Positions 37,843 to 46,713 of a stretch of DNA of 64,000 nucleotides are shown piece after piece (the first letter of the stretch is position 1; every line of letters starts with the position of its first letter). A model generated the notes under the pieces. The model ran no database searches, was not told where the DNA came from, and saw only the letters and a list, made by a program, of their open reading frames with translations. The stretch is taken from positions 67,785-131,784 of the forward strand of contig CAKUVI010000003.1 in the NCBI GenBank assembly GCA_934699095.1, written 5' to 3'. This stretch comes from an uncultured Bacteroidales bacterium. Lineage in GTDB: Bacteria; Bacteroidota; Bacteroidia; Bacteroidales; WCHB1-69. The translations under genes were made by a program, and so were the position numbers.

Positions 37843-40800
37843 ATGAAAACTGAGAAACTATTAGCAGCGGCCGCTGCCGCTTTTGCCGAAAGATGGCAAG
37901 AAAAAGGATATGAGAGAGGCGAGTCCCAGCTGTTTTGGGCCGACTTGCTGACCAACGTGTATGGCGTGGAGGACCTGCCCTCTTTCATCCGCTACGAGGA
38001 GCGGGTGAGCAGCATGGTGGATTCCACCAACTTCATCGATGGGCACATTCCCTCGACAAGAGTGCTCATCGAGCAGAAATCCTTGGGCAAAGACCTGCGG
38101 GCTCCCGTCACGCAGAGCGACGGCGGCAAACTCACCCCTTTCCAGCAGGCGAAAAAATACGTGGCCAACATGCCCCTTTCGCAGCACCCCAAGTGGATCG
38201 TGACCTGCAACTTCGAGGAGTTCCTCGTCTATGACATGGAACGGCCGAACGGGGAGCCCGAACAGATTCTGCTGAAAAATTTGGGCAAAGAGTTCTTCCG
38301 TCTCCGGTTTTTAGTCGATAGCAGAAGCGAACATCTTGCGAAAGAACTGCAGGTCTCGATGAAGGCCGGCGAGATTGTGGGCAAAATGTACGATGCCCTG
38401 TTAGAGCGATACGACGACAATTCGCCCGAGGCCCTGCGCTGGCTCAACATCCTGTGTGTGCGCCTCGTTTTCTGCATGTACGCCGAGGATGCCGCCGTGT
38501 TCCGGCATGACCAGTTCCACGACTTCCTGAATGGATGCAGTGCCGAAGACCTGAACGAGGCCCTGCAGAAGCTCTTCAGTGTGCTCAACACGCCGTTGGA
38601 GAAACGCAGCAAATACCTGAAAGACGACCTGAAGGCGTTTCCTTACACCAACGGCGGCTTGTTCGAGGAGGAGATTGAGATTCCGATTTTCACGGAGGAG
38701 CTGAAGCAGACGCTGCTGCAGAACGCGAGCCTCGACTTCGACTGGAGCGAGATTTCGCCCACCATCTTCGGGGCCGTTTTCGAAAGCACGCTGAATCCCG
38801 TGACCCGGCGCAGCGGAGGCATGCACTACACCTCGATAGAGAATATCCACAAGGTGATAGACCCTCTTTTCTTGAATGATCTGCGCGATGAACTTGACGA
38901 AATCCTGACCGAGAAGACTGAAAAACAACGTGTTAAAAAACTGGAAGCGTATCAGGAAAAGCTGGCGTCGCTGACATTTCTCGACCCTGCCTGCGGCTCT
39001 GGAAATTTTCTCACGGAGACCTACCTTTCGCTAAGAAGGTTGGAGAATGAGGCCCTGCGCGAGCGTTATCACGGGCAAATGATGATGGGGGCGTTTATGA
39101 ACCCCGTCAAGGTGAGCATCCACCAGTTCTACGGAATCGAGATCAACGATTTCGCCGTCACAGTGGCCACCACCGCGCTTTGGATTTCCGAGGCGCAGAT
39201 GCTGGCGGAGACGGAGCGCATCATCCAGCACGACATCGACTTTCTGCCTCTGAAGAGCTATGCCAACATCAAGGAGGGAAATGCATTGCGGGTGGACTGG
39301 AACAGCATAGGAGCCGACGCTTCCAGCGTCGCTAAAGGAGGCAACGCTTCCAGCGTTGCAGAATACAGAACTGACACTACCAGCGCTGTAAAAGAAGGAA
39401 CAAGCGATTCTGTCGCCCTTGGGAATGGGGCTGAGAATGTCATGCTGGGAAGCAAGTCTGAGAATGTCACGCTTGGAAGCAAGTCTGAGAATGTCACGCT
39501 TGGAAGCAAGTCTGAGAATGTCACGCTTGGAAGCGTGACCTCCTTGCATTTCATGGAACGGAAAGCTTACATCCAAATAACAGGGACAAAGCTTCCGCAC
39601 TGGCATCAAGAAAATAAAGTTCAGTTTGTTACATTTCGACTTGCCGATTCATTACCTCAATCCAAGTTAGCCGAGCTTTCGGAATTCAAAGAAGAGTGGA
39701 TATCCAAGCATCCAGAACCTTGGGACCGCAAGACCGAGGAAGAATACAACCATATCATACGCAAACGTGTCGATAAATGGCTTGACCAAAACTACGGTTC
39801 TTGCTTGCTTCAAAGGGCAGACTTAAGAAAAATAGTTGTTGATGCTCTGCTCTTTTATCACGGAAAGCGCTATTGGTTACATCATTTTGTCATCATGCCC
39901 AATCATGTCCATCTGTTGCTTTCACCCATAGGTGAAGAAACTGTAGGGAAAGCATTAGGTAGTGTTAAACAATTTACGTCCAACGCCATCAACAAGGCAA
40001 TTGGAGCCAAAGGGTCGGTTTGGCAGCGTGAAGTTTTTGACAGAATGGTGCGCGATGCCGACAACTACGAGGCATACGTGGCCTATATCAACAACAATCC
40101 GGCAAATCTGCCTCAAGGTTCATTTACCATAGGAGGCGACGCTGGAAGCGTCGCTAAAGGAGGCAACGCTTCCAGCGTTGCAACAAAGGGAGCAAGTGAT
40201 TTTGTCACGCTTGGAAGCGAGCCTGATGACTCTGTCACGCTTGGAAGCGAGCCTGATGACTCTGTCACGCTTGGAAGCGTGACCTCCTATGACTACATCA
40301 TGGGTAACCCGCCGTTTGTGGGCTACACATTCCAAAGCAAGGAACAAAAGGATGACCTTGCAGCCATAATGAAAGGCTTTGGCAGCAATATCGACTATGT
40401 GGCCGGATGGTATCTCAAGGCCTCTCAATATATGCAGTCGAACCCTCAAACCCGGTGCGCTTTGGTGTCAACCAATTCCATCACACAAGGCGAACAAGTG
40501 TCGGCAATTTGGAAACCTTTGTTTGAAAAATTCGGCATACACTTTGATTTCGCCTACCGCACTTTCCGCTGGGACAGCGAAGCTGACATCAAGGCGCATG
40601 TGCATTGCGTGGTATTAGGTTTTTCCGTTGCACCAAATTCCAAGCCAAGGACTATTTATCTTCCCGAAGGACAGTCTATTCAGGTGTCCAATATCAATGG
40701 CTATTTGCTGGATGCGCCGGATGTGTTTATCGAGAATCGGAAGAAGCCTTTGTGCGATGTTCCAGAGATGGTAAAAGGAAGTCAGCCAACCGATGGTGGG

Positions 40801-41571
40801 AACCTGATTTTGTCCAAAGCCGAAATGGAAGATTTGGTCGGCAAGTATCCGCAAATTGAGCCTTACGTTCACCGCTATGTCGGATCCGATGAGTTCATCA
40901 ACAACAAATACCGTTATTGCCTATGGCTTGCCAACGCCAATCCTGCGGTTTTGCGTTCATGCCCGCCCGTAATGGAGCGGATTGAGCGGGTAAGGCAAAT
41001 GCGACTTTCAAGTCCGAAAGCTGCCACACAGAAATGGGCGGAGTTTCCAACGCTTTTCACCGAGAACCGGCAGCCCGAAAGCGACTACCTGCTTGTGCCC
41101 AGCGTCAGCTCGGAAAACAGAAGATATGTCCCCATCGGTTATATGAAGAAAGATGTGGTTGCCAGCAATCTTGCCTTTGTCGTACCCAATGCATCGCTTT
41201 ATCATTTTGGTGTGATTACTTCCAACGTCCACATGGCCTGGATGCGTGCCGTTTGCGGGAGGTTAAAGAGTGATTATAGATATAGCAACACCATCGTCTA
41301 TAACAACTTCCCGTGGCCGAATCCTACCGAAAAGCAAAAGGCAAAGATTGAGCAGACGGCCCAGGCCATACTCGATGTCCGGGCCAAATATCCGGACTGC
41401 TCGTTGGCCGACCTCTACGACGAGGCCGCCATGCCGCCCGAGTTGCGCAAAGCCCATCAGGAGAACGACAAAGCCTTGATGGTGGCCTACGGGTTCGATA
41501 TCAAGATGAGTGAAAGCGAGTGTGTGGCCGAACTGTTCCGAGTGTACACGCAGTTTACGGCTGAATCATGA
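37843..41571 (+). CDS. MmeI-family type IIL restriction-modification enzyme (nuclease plus N6-adenine methyltransferase plus TRD) carrying an in-frame RAYT insertion
   Basis: N-terminal D...EQK nuclease motif (NFIDGHIPSTRVLIEQKSLG), FLDPACGSGNFL (motif I), IMGNPPFVG (motif IV) and a long C-terminal TRD. Motifs I and IV are separated by the 39313-40287 insert. Confidence 0.85.
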   Translation: MKTEKLLAAAAAAFAERWQEKGYERGESQLFWADLLTNVYGVEDLPSFIRYEERVSSMVDSTNFIDGHIPSTRVLIEQKSLGKDLRAPVTQSDGGKLTPFQQAKKYVANMPLSQHPKWIVTCNFEEFLVYDMERPNGEPEQILLKNLGKEFFRLRFLVDSRSEHLAKELQVSMKAGEIVGKMYDALLERYDDNSPEALRWLNILCVRLVFCMYAEDAAVFRHDQFHDFLNGCSAEDLNEALQKLFSVLNTPLEKRSKYLKDDLKAFPYTNGGLFEEEIEIPIFTEELKQTLLQNASLDFDWSEISPTIFGAVFESTLNPVTRRSGGMHYTSIENIHKVIDPLFLNDLRDELDEILTEKTEKQRVKKLEAYQEKLASLTFLDPACGSGNFLTETYLSLRRLENEALRERYHGQMMMGAFMNPVKVSIHQFYGIEINDFAVTVATTALWISEAQMLAETERIIQHDIDFLPLKSYANIKEGNALRVDWNSIGADASSVAKGGNASSVAEYRTDTTSAVKEGTSDSVALGNGAENVMLGSKSENVTLGSKSENVTLGSKSENVTLGSVTSLHFMERKAYIQITGTKLPHWHQENKVQFVTFRLADSLPQSKLAELSEFKEEWISKHPEPWDRKTEEEYNHIIRKRVDKWLDQNYGSCLLQRADLRKIVVDALLFYHGKRYWLHHFVIMPNHVHLLLSPIGEETVGKALGSVKQFTSNAINKAIGAKGSVWQREVFDRMVRDADNYEAYVAYINNNPANLPQGSFTIGGDAGSVAKGGNASSVATKGASDFVTLGSEPDDSVTLGSEPDDSVTLGSVTSYDYIMGNPPFVGYTFQSKEQKDDLAAIMKGFGSNIDYVAGWYLKASQYMQSNPQTRCALVSTNSITQGEQVSAIWKPLFEKFGIHFDFAYRTFRWDSEADIKAHVHCVVLGFSVAPNSKPRTIYLPEGQSIQVSNINGYLLDAPDVFIENRKKPLCDVPEMVKGSQPTDGGNLILSKAEMEDLVGKYPQIEPYVHRYVGSDEFINNKYRYCLWLANANPAVLRSCPPVMERIERVRQMRLSSPKAATQKWAEFPTLFTENRQPESDYLLVPSVSSENRRYVPIGYMKKDVVASNLAFVVPNASLYHFGVITSNVHMAWMRAVCGRLKSDYRYSNTIVYNNFPWPNPTEKQKAKIEQTAQAILDVRAKYPDCSLADLYDEAAMPPELRKAHQENDKALMVAYGFDIKMSESECVAELFRVYTQFTAES
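39307..39543 (+). repeat. Left REP-like module flanking the RAYT core
   Basis: Hairpins GACGCT-TCC-AGCGTC (39316-39330) and CAACGCT-TCC-AGCGTTG (39342-39358). Three 27-nt tandem units lie at 39448-39528. Terminal hairpin GTCACGCTTGGAAGCGTGAC at 39520-39539. Confidence 0.85.
39553..40128 (+). mobile_element. REP-associated tyrosine transposase (RAYT, Y1/HUH, IS200-like) coding core with no stop codon of its own
   Basis: MERKAYIQITGTKLPHWHQENKVQFVTFRLADSLP, HUH in IMPNHVHLLL, WQREVFDRMVRD, and the Tyr motif NYEAYVAYINNNP. Confidence 0.8.
40129..40288 (+). repeat. Right REP-like module flanking the RAYT core
   Basis: A 54-nt direct repeat of 39307-39360, but with the first hairpin loop inverted (GACGCT-GGA-AGCGTC, 40138-40152). 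Two 30-nt tandem units lie at 40213-40272. The terminal 25 nt are identical to 39520-39544. Confidence 0.85.
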
Positions 41572-41595
41572 AAACAACCTTGTTCATGAACCGAT

Positions 41596-41629
41596 GGAGC
41601 AGCTGCGGAAGACGCGGACGTGCTGCTAA
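41596..41629 (+). repeat. Right copy of the 34-bp direct repeat
   Basis: GGAGCAGCTGCGGAAGACGCGGACGTGCTGCTAA, non-coding here. Confidence 0.85.
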
Positions 41630-41724
41630 AAACCAGAACGCCGAATATAGGGAATCGTAGCGCACGGAGTTCCTGAAATGGCTTCTCGTTCCTTCTGTGT
41701 TTCGGTTAAATGCCAAAAAGATAG

Positions 41725-42357
41725 TCAAACGCTCTTCGTCCGTTCCCAAATTTCATCTTTCGAGTGTCGGATGAAGCAGAAGTCGCACAGGTCGCCGCCT
41801 TGGCAAAGGGTTTGGGTGCGGATGAAGTCGGTGTAGGGCAGGTTGCCGTAGTTGATGATGTCGGCGTGGCAGAACATCGGACCGAAACGGTCGATGACAC
41901 CGTAATGCGTGAAAATGTGCTTGTAGAGGCACTCCGTACACTCTAAATGGAACTCGTCGGGGCCGTCGGTGTCCTTGTGCCAGACGTATTGCCAGCCTTT
42001 CCCGGAGCCGTATTTGAAACCTAACGGCACCACCACCTTCATCAGCGGCACAAAGAAACTTTTCGTGGCCAGTTTCTGCATCTTTTCCGGTTTCAGCGCA
42101 CCCCACATGTGCATGGAGAGAAACTCCAGCGTCTCCAGTGGCGTTTTCCCGGCGGCCTGCAGTGCCTCGTCGATGGCAAGCGTGGGCAGGATGTTGCACA
42201 AGTGGCCGTAGTTTCCTCGGTCGTACCATTGGCGGTTCTCTTCTATGAGGCGTTCCATCCGTTGCAATACATCTTTTTGTATTTCTGGACTTAATTCTGA
42301 AAAACAGTCCTTATAGCGGCCTGCGTTAATCATTCTCAAAGGGTGGTCTTTCTTCAT
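41725..42357 (-). CDS. L-2-amino-thiazoline-4-carboxylic acid hydrolase-family protein
   Basis: About 210 aa with C-terminal TQTLCQGGDLCDFCFIRH. Family recalled from memory. Confidence 0.55.
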   Translation of the reverse strand: MKKDHPLRMINAGRYKDCFSELSPEIQKDVLQRMERLIEENRQWYDRGNYGHLCNILPTLAIDEALQAAGKTPLETLEFLSMHMWGALKPEKMQKLATKSFFVPLMKVVVPLGFKYGSGKGWQYVWHKDTDGPDEFHLECTECLYKHIFTHYGVIDRFGPMFCHADIINYGNLPYTDFIRTQTLCQGGDLCDFCFIRHSKDEIWERTKSV

Positions 42358-42360
42358 CGC

Positions 42361-42987
42361 TTATTTTTTTGCCGTAGCCATCAGCCAGTGTTTGGTTTCG
42401 TTTCTTTCGACGTTGATGTCGCTGAAGCCCGTGTTTGTCAGGTGGAGCCGTATTTCCTGAGGGGTGTAGGTGTGCATCCCGTCGATGATTTTCTCCCAAC
42501 GCTCGTTCGTGCCGCTAAGCCCGTCGTCCTCGTTGACGATGGCGAAAACGCCACCGTCTTTGAGCACTCTTTTCACTTCGTTGAAGCAGTGTTCGATGTC
42601 GGGCCAGAAATAGATGGTCTCGAAGGCGGTAACCATGTCGAAGGTGTCCTTCCCGAGGGGGAGCTCGGCCACCGACCCTTCCACTACCTTGCAGCGGCTT
42701 TCCCGGATGGCCTGTGCGTTGACCTGTACAGACTTTTCGACGGAAACGGAGGAATAGTCGATGCCCGTTACGGTGCCGTTTGGACATCGTTTGAGCAGAC
42801 GGGCAATGTTGGCGCCGCCGCCGCAGCCGACATCGAGGATTTGTCCGTTTTCCTTGATCGGCAGCGAAGACAAAGCCCAGCTGGCCATTGCCGCATGGCC
42901 TCCACCGTTCATGCCTTTGACCATCATTTTGCCCAAAAAGCCTGCAGGTTTGCGGGCGTTGTTGAAAAACTTGCTAAGAAGTCCCAT
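42361..42987 (-). CDS. Class I SAM-dependent methyltransferase
   Basis: ILDVGCGGGANI motif I, with FDMVTAFETIYFWPD. Confidence 0.8.
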   Translation of the reverse strand: MGLLSKFFNNARKPAGFLGKMMVKGMNGGGHAAMASWALSSLPIKENGQILDVGCGGGANIARLLKRCPNGTVTGIDYSSVSVEKSVQVNAQAIRESRCKVVEGSVAELPLGKDTFDMVTAFETIYFWPDIEHCFNEVKRVLKDGGVFAIVNEDDGLSGTNERWEKIIDGMHTYTPQEIRLHLTNTGFSDINVERNETKHWLMATAKK

Positions 42988-43033
42988 AATTAATGCTATT
43001 TATATTTACGGCTGCAAAAATATTTGTTTCTTC

Positions 43034-43129
43034 ATTTCTGAAATATTCTCATTTATAGTGATTTTCAGAATGGAGATTCACCATTTTCCGCAATAAAGAT
43101 GCTTCATTGCCGGCAATTAGCAGACTTTT
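43034..43129. repeat. ~95-nt upstream-region repeat, copy A (copy B at 47594-47690)
   Basis: By eye about three-quarters of positions match, including ATG-R-AGATTCACCATTT and CTTCATTGC...GCAAT-AGCAGA. Confidence 0.7.
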
Positions 43130-43241
43130 CGGTCAATCATTATGAGAATAGCCTGAGCATCAGGTGCGGCGACCTCGCCGGATGCGTTTGTATATGATCC
43201 TGAAAAGGCATAGAACGGATTGAAAGTGCAGAAAAACGGTT

Positions 43242-43871
43242 TTACTTTTGGATTACAGCTCGGTACGCTTTGACGTTGTTGCTTAGATTGATCCGCTCCA
43301 CAAGTCCATCGGCCTGTAGTTCGGCGAGCACACGGCTGAGCGATGGGCGGGCGACACCGAGCTGTTCGGCGGTTTCCGATACGTTGGTGATGGTGTCGTG
43401 CTTGCGGATATGATCCAGCACACGGTCGCGCAACCCTTTCACTGCAAATCCTTTGACCTTGCCGCTGAGGAAACGACTGCGGGCGGAGAGTGTCTGCAGA
43501 AAGGCTCGCAGCACATGGGGATGCTGCGTCATGAAGTTGAAGAACGCCTCCCGGTTGATATACCAAACAACGCCGTCGGTGCGCATGGAGACCTCCACGG
43601 GAATGGTGTTGTCCTCAGCGAAAAGGAACGCTGGAGCCAATACCATGGGAGACCTCATTTGCTCGATGACCACTTCGCGCCCGTTGGCGCCTCCCATTCG
43701 TGTCTCCACGGTCCCTTGGGCGAGCAGCATCAGCGAACGGCACGGTGTGCCCGCGTTGGCCACCAGATCGCCCGCCACATACTCTTCGCGCCGGTGCGGC
43801 GACTGCAACAGCTCCTGCAACTCCTCGTCGGTGCAGGTATTGAATAGCGGGAATGTTTTCAGCTCTTCCAT
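43242..43871 (-). CDS. hcpR: Crp/Fnr-family transcriptional regulator, probable HcpR
   Basis: N-terminal cNMP-binding-like fold (FPLFNTCTDEELQELL) and C-terminal HTH (NVSETAEQLGVARPSLSRVLAEL). It is divergent from the hcp operon. Confidence 0.7.
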   Translation of the reverse strand: MEELKTFPLFNTCTDEELQELLQSPHRREEYVAGDLVANAGTPCRSLMLLAQGTVETRMGGANGREVVIEQMRSPMVLAPAFLFAEDNTIPVEVSMRTDGVVWYINREAFFNFMTQHPHVLRAFLQTLSARSRFLSGKVKGFAVKGLRDRVLDHIRKHDTITNVSETAEQLGVARPSLSRVLAELQADGLVERINLSNNVKAYRAVIQK

Positions 43872-43890
43872 TGTTTGGCGGTTTAGGCTG

Positions 43891-43898
43891 CAAAAATA
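43891..43898 (-). promoter_or_regulatory. -7 box (TATTTTTG on the minus strand) for hcpR
   Basis: The reverse complement of CAAAAATA lies about 20 nt upstream of the hcpR ATG. Confidence 0.4.
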
Positions 43899-43913
43899 CA
43901 AAAAAACGCCCTC

Positions 43914-43927
43914 GTAACAAGTGTTAC
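43914..43927. promoter_or_regulatory. Candidate HcpR (Crp/Fnr-type) operator GTAAC-N4-GTTAC
   Basis: A perfect 5-4-5 inverted repeat. Its centre is about 30 nt upstream of the TATTTTTG -7 box at 43950-43957, close to the class II position of about -41.5. Confidence 0.5.
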
Positions 43928-43949
43928 ACTTTACCTCGTGGCGCGGTGG

Positions 43950-43957
43950 TATTTTTG
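43950..43957 (+). promoter_or_regulatory. -7 promoter box of the hcp operon
   Basis: TATTTTTG matches TAnnTTTG. Confidence 0.45.
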
Positions 43958-44007
43958 CATCGTCAAAAACAACGAGAGATAACATTAAAAAGAAAGGAGA
44001 TAACATT

Positions 44008-44694
44008 ATGAGTTACAACGACTGGAAAGACAAGACCACGAGTTTCAAAAAGGTTGACGTGCGCGGTGTTCAGGGGAACTTTTTTCCAGGTCTGAAAATG
44101 CAGGCCTCGAAGATGGCCGTGGGCGAAGGGATAGAAATCATTCAGAGCTTCGAGCCGATTCCGATCTACGAAGTTTTTGAAGACTTAGGTTTCGAGCATT
44201 ATTCCGAAAAGGTGGCCGAGGCTGAATACCACACCTATTTCTACCGTATGGTAGTGAAACAGGCCGAGAAAGACATCCCGATGCGTCCTTACGCTCTCAC
44301 CAACATGGCGTTGATTGACAATGATTTGGCAACAACAGCCGTCAACTTCTGGGATCTGACATGGAACGACAACCGCCGTCATCTGCCTTACGAGATGCGT
44401 TTGCTACTCTCACTGACCAACGCCGTTGGAGCGGGGCGTATGCGCCAAGCCACCCGCGAATTGGTAAAGGCCTATATCCACGGCCTCGATTCAGCCGCAT
44501 TTGACGATGTGTTCGAGCTATTAGCTTGGAACCAGGGCATCGGTCATTTCAGCTCTGAGATTGGGCCTTCCACGCTGTTTCAAGCCTACAAGACCATCAA
44601 ACAAATGGAGAAAAAAGGGAACACACGCGAGGAAATCGCCGAGGTTCTGAAAGAAAAATTCGGAGAAAAACACCCGGATGTAAGGGTAATGTGA
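44008..44694 (+). CDS. DUF2249-like N-domain fused to a carboxymuconolactone decarboxylase (AhpD-like) family domain
   Basis: Start taken at MSYNDWKDK. The N-terminal region VDVRGV...GEGIEIIQSFEPIPIYEV looks DUF2249-like. The C-terminal region is helical and CMD-like. Confidence 0.55.
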   Translation: MSYNDWKDKTTSFKKVDVRGVQGNFFPGLKMQASKMAVGEGIEIIQSFEPIPIYEVFEDLGFEHYSEKVAEAEYHTYFYRMVVKQAEKDIPMRPYALTNMALIDNDLATTAVNFWDLTWNDNRRHLPYEMRLLLSLTNAVGAGRMRQATRELVKAYIHGLDSAAFDDVFELLAWNQGIGHFSSEIGPSTLFQAYKTIKQMEKKGNTREEIAEVLKEKFGEKHPDVRVM

Positions 44695-44704
44695 AAATTG
44701 AAAA

Positions 44705-44944
44705 TTGAAAATTATGAGTACTATCACAGCAGAGACGAGATTATCGGAACTCATTGCCCAATATCCGTGGCTGAAAGAAGAGATGGTAAAAGTGAACGAA
44801 AAGTTCAAAATGCTGAGTTCGTCCGTCGGCAAACTCATGCTGGGCAAAGCCACCATCGCCGAAATGAGCAAAAGGTCAGGAATGGACGCCGACATACTCA
44901 TCAGTCGAATTAATGAACTAATAACTAATCACACAAACCAATAA
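44705..44944 (+). CDS. DUF1858 domain protein (hybrid-cluster-protein associated)
   Basis: 79 aa, with ITAETRLSELIAQYPWLKEEM... It sits immediately upstream of hcp. Confidence 0.65.
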   Translation: MKIMSTITAETRLSELIAQYPWLKEEMVKVNEKFKMLSSSVGKLMLGKATIAEMSKRSGMDADILISRINELITNHTNQ

Positions 44945-44959
44945 AGAAAGGAACAAATT

Positions 44960-46624
44960 ATGAACGAGAAAATGTTTTGCTTCCAGTGTCAGGAAACTGC
45001 CGGAGGCACCGGCTGCAAATTGTCAGGAGTGTGTGGCAAGAACCCCGAAGTGGCCCATGCACAGGATCTTTTGATCTATGTCCTCAAAGGACTCGGTATC
45101 ATCGCCAACCACCACCAGCACGGCTGTGGCCACGACTATTGCGACTTTCGCAAGAACATCCACGCCTTTGTGAACGATGCGCTGTTTTCGACTATCACCA
45201 ACGCCAACTTCGATGTGGAAAGCATCTACGCCCGGGTCGATAAAGGTTTGGAATTGCGTGATATGTTCAAAGATCGTGTTACCAACATGAAAGGTATAGC
45301 CTTGCCCAAAATAGATGTGCTGGAATGGACCGGTCCCCGCGCCGATTATGATGCTAAGGCCCAACAGGTGGGTGTGCTGTCCGAAGCCGACGAGGACATC
45401 CGTTCCCTCAAAGAGCTGACTATGTACGGCCTGAAAGGAATGGCCGCTTATCTCGAACACGCCGACCGCCTCGGTCAGGTGGATGGCGACATCAACGAGT
45501 TCATCCTCCAAACCCTCGGACAGCTTGCATCATGCGACAAAGCCGACGCCCTCACCGCCTTGGTGCTGAAAACCGGCGAGTGGGGCGTGAAGGCCATGGC
45601 CCTTTTGGACAAAGCCAACACGACAGCTTACGGGAACCCCGAAATCACGGAGGTTAACATCGGCGTGGGCAACCGTCCGGGCATCCTTGTGAGCGGCCAC
45701 GACCTCAATGACATTGAGCAACTGCTTGAACAAAGCATGGATGAGGGTGTTGACATCTACACCCACAGCGAAATGTTGCCGGCGCACTATTATCCCAAAC
45801 TCAAGAAATACAGCCACTTGAAAGGCAATTACGGCAATGCCTGGTGGAAGCAGCGCGAGGAGTTTGAGGCTTTCAACGGTCCCATCCTGTTCACCACCAA
45901 CTGCATCGTGCCGCCTATGGCTAATGCCACCTACAAAGACCGTGTTTTCACCACCAACAGCGCCGGCTTCCCGGGTTGGAAGCACATCCCGGCCGACGCC
46001 AGCGGCAAGAAGGATTTCAGTGAAATCATCGCATTGGCAAAGACTTGCGCCGCGCCAAAGGAAATTGAAACGGGCAAGATTGTGGGCGGATTTGCTCACG
46101 AGCAGGTGTTCGCATTGGCCGACAAAGTGGTGGAGGCCGTCAAGAGCGGTGCCATCCGCAAGTTCGTGGTGATGGCGGGCTGCGATGGTCGGATGAAGAG
46201 CCGCCAATACTACACCGATTTCGCCCAAAAACTTCCCAAAGACTGCGTCATCCTTACGGCTGGATGCGCCAAATACAAATACAACAAGTTGAATCTCGGC
46301 GACATTGGAGGCATTCCGCGCGTGTTGGATGCCGGCCAATGCAACGACAGCTACTCGTTAGCCCTCATTGCGCTGAAACTCAAAGAGGTGTTCGGTCTGG
46401 AAGATGTCAACGACCTGCCGATTGTCTATAACATTGCCTGGTATGAGCAGAAAGCCGTTGTCGTGCTGCTTGCTTTGCTTAGCCTCGGCGTGAAGAACAT
46501 CCATCTCGGCCCCACCTTGCCGGGATTCCTTTCGCCCAATGTGGCAAAGGTGCTGGTCGAGAACTTCGGCATCGGCACCATCAGCACTGTGGACGAAGAC
46601 TTGAAAGCATTCGGATTGATGTGA
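44960..46624 (+). CDS. hcp: Hydroxylamine reductase / hybrid-cluster protein
   Basis: N-terminal [15 protein letters not shown] cubane-cluster Cys motif. Length 554 aa. Confidence 0.92.
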   Translation: MNEKMFCFQCQETAGGTGCKLSGVCGKNPEVAHAQDLLIYVLKGLGIIANHHQHGCGHDYCDFRKNIHAFVNDALFSTITNANFDVESIYARVDKGLELRDMFKDRVTNMKGIALPKIDVLEWTGPRADYDAKAQQVGVLSEADEDIRSLKELTMYGLKGMAAYLEHADRLGQVDGDINEFILQTLGQLASCDKADALTALVLKTGEWGVKAMALLDKANTTAYGNPEITEVNIGVGNRPGILVSGHDLNDIEQLLEQSMDEGVDIYTHSEMLPAHYYPKLKKYSHLKGNYGNAWWKQREEFEAFNGPILFTTNCIVPPMANATYKDRVFTTNSAGFPGWKHIPADASGKKDFSEIIALAKTCAAPKEIETGKIVGGFAHEQVFALADKVVEAVKSGAIRKFVVMAGCDGRMKSRQYYTDFAQKLPKDCVILTAGCAKYKYNKLNLGDIGGIPRVLDAGQCNDSYSLALIALKLKEVFGLEDVNDLPIVYNIAWYEQKAVVVLLALLSLGVKNIHLGPTLPGFLSPNVAKVLVENFGIGTISTVDEDLKAFGLM

Positions 46625-46713
46625 ACGCAAAAAACGTTAAATATTCCGCAACTCAGGTGAAAGCCTGGGTTGTGGGATTTTTTTGTACTCTTGCGGCTAA
46701 ACAATGAAGTGAT

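Noticed and set aside
39427-39543. Tandem 27-nt repeats that might look like a small CRISPR array. The same applies to 40213-40287.
   Set aside because: The units are contiguous with no spacers. They sit inside a continuous reading frame. They are REP-like hairpin derivatives flanking the RAYT core.
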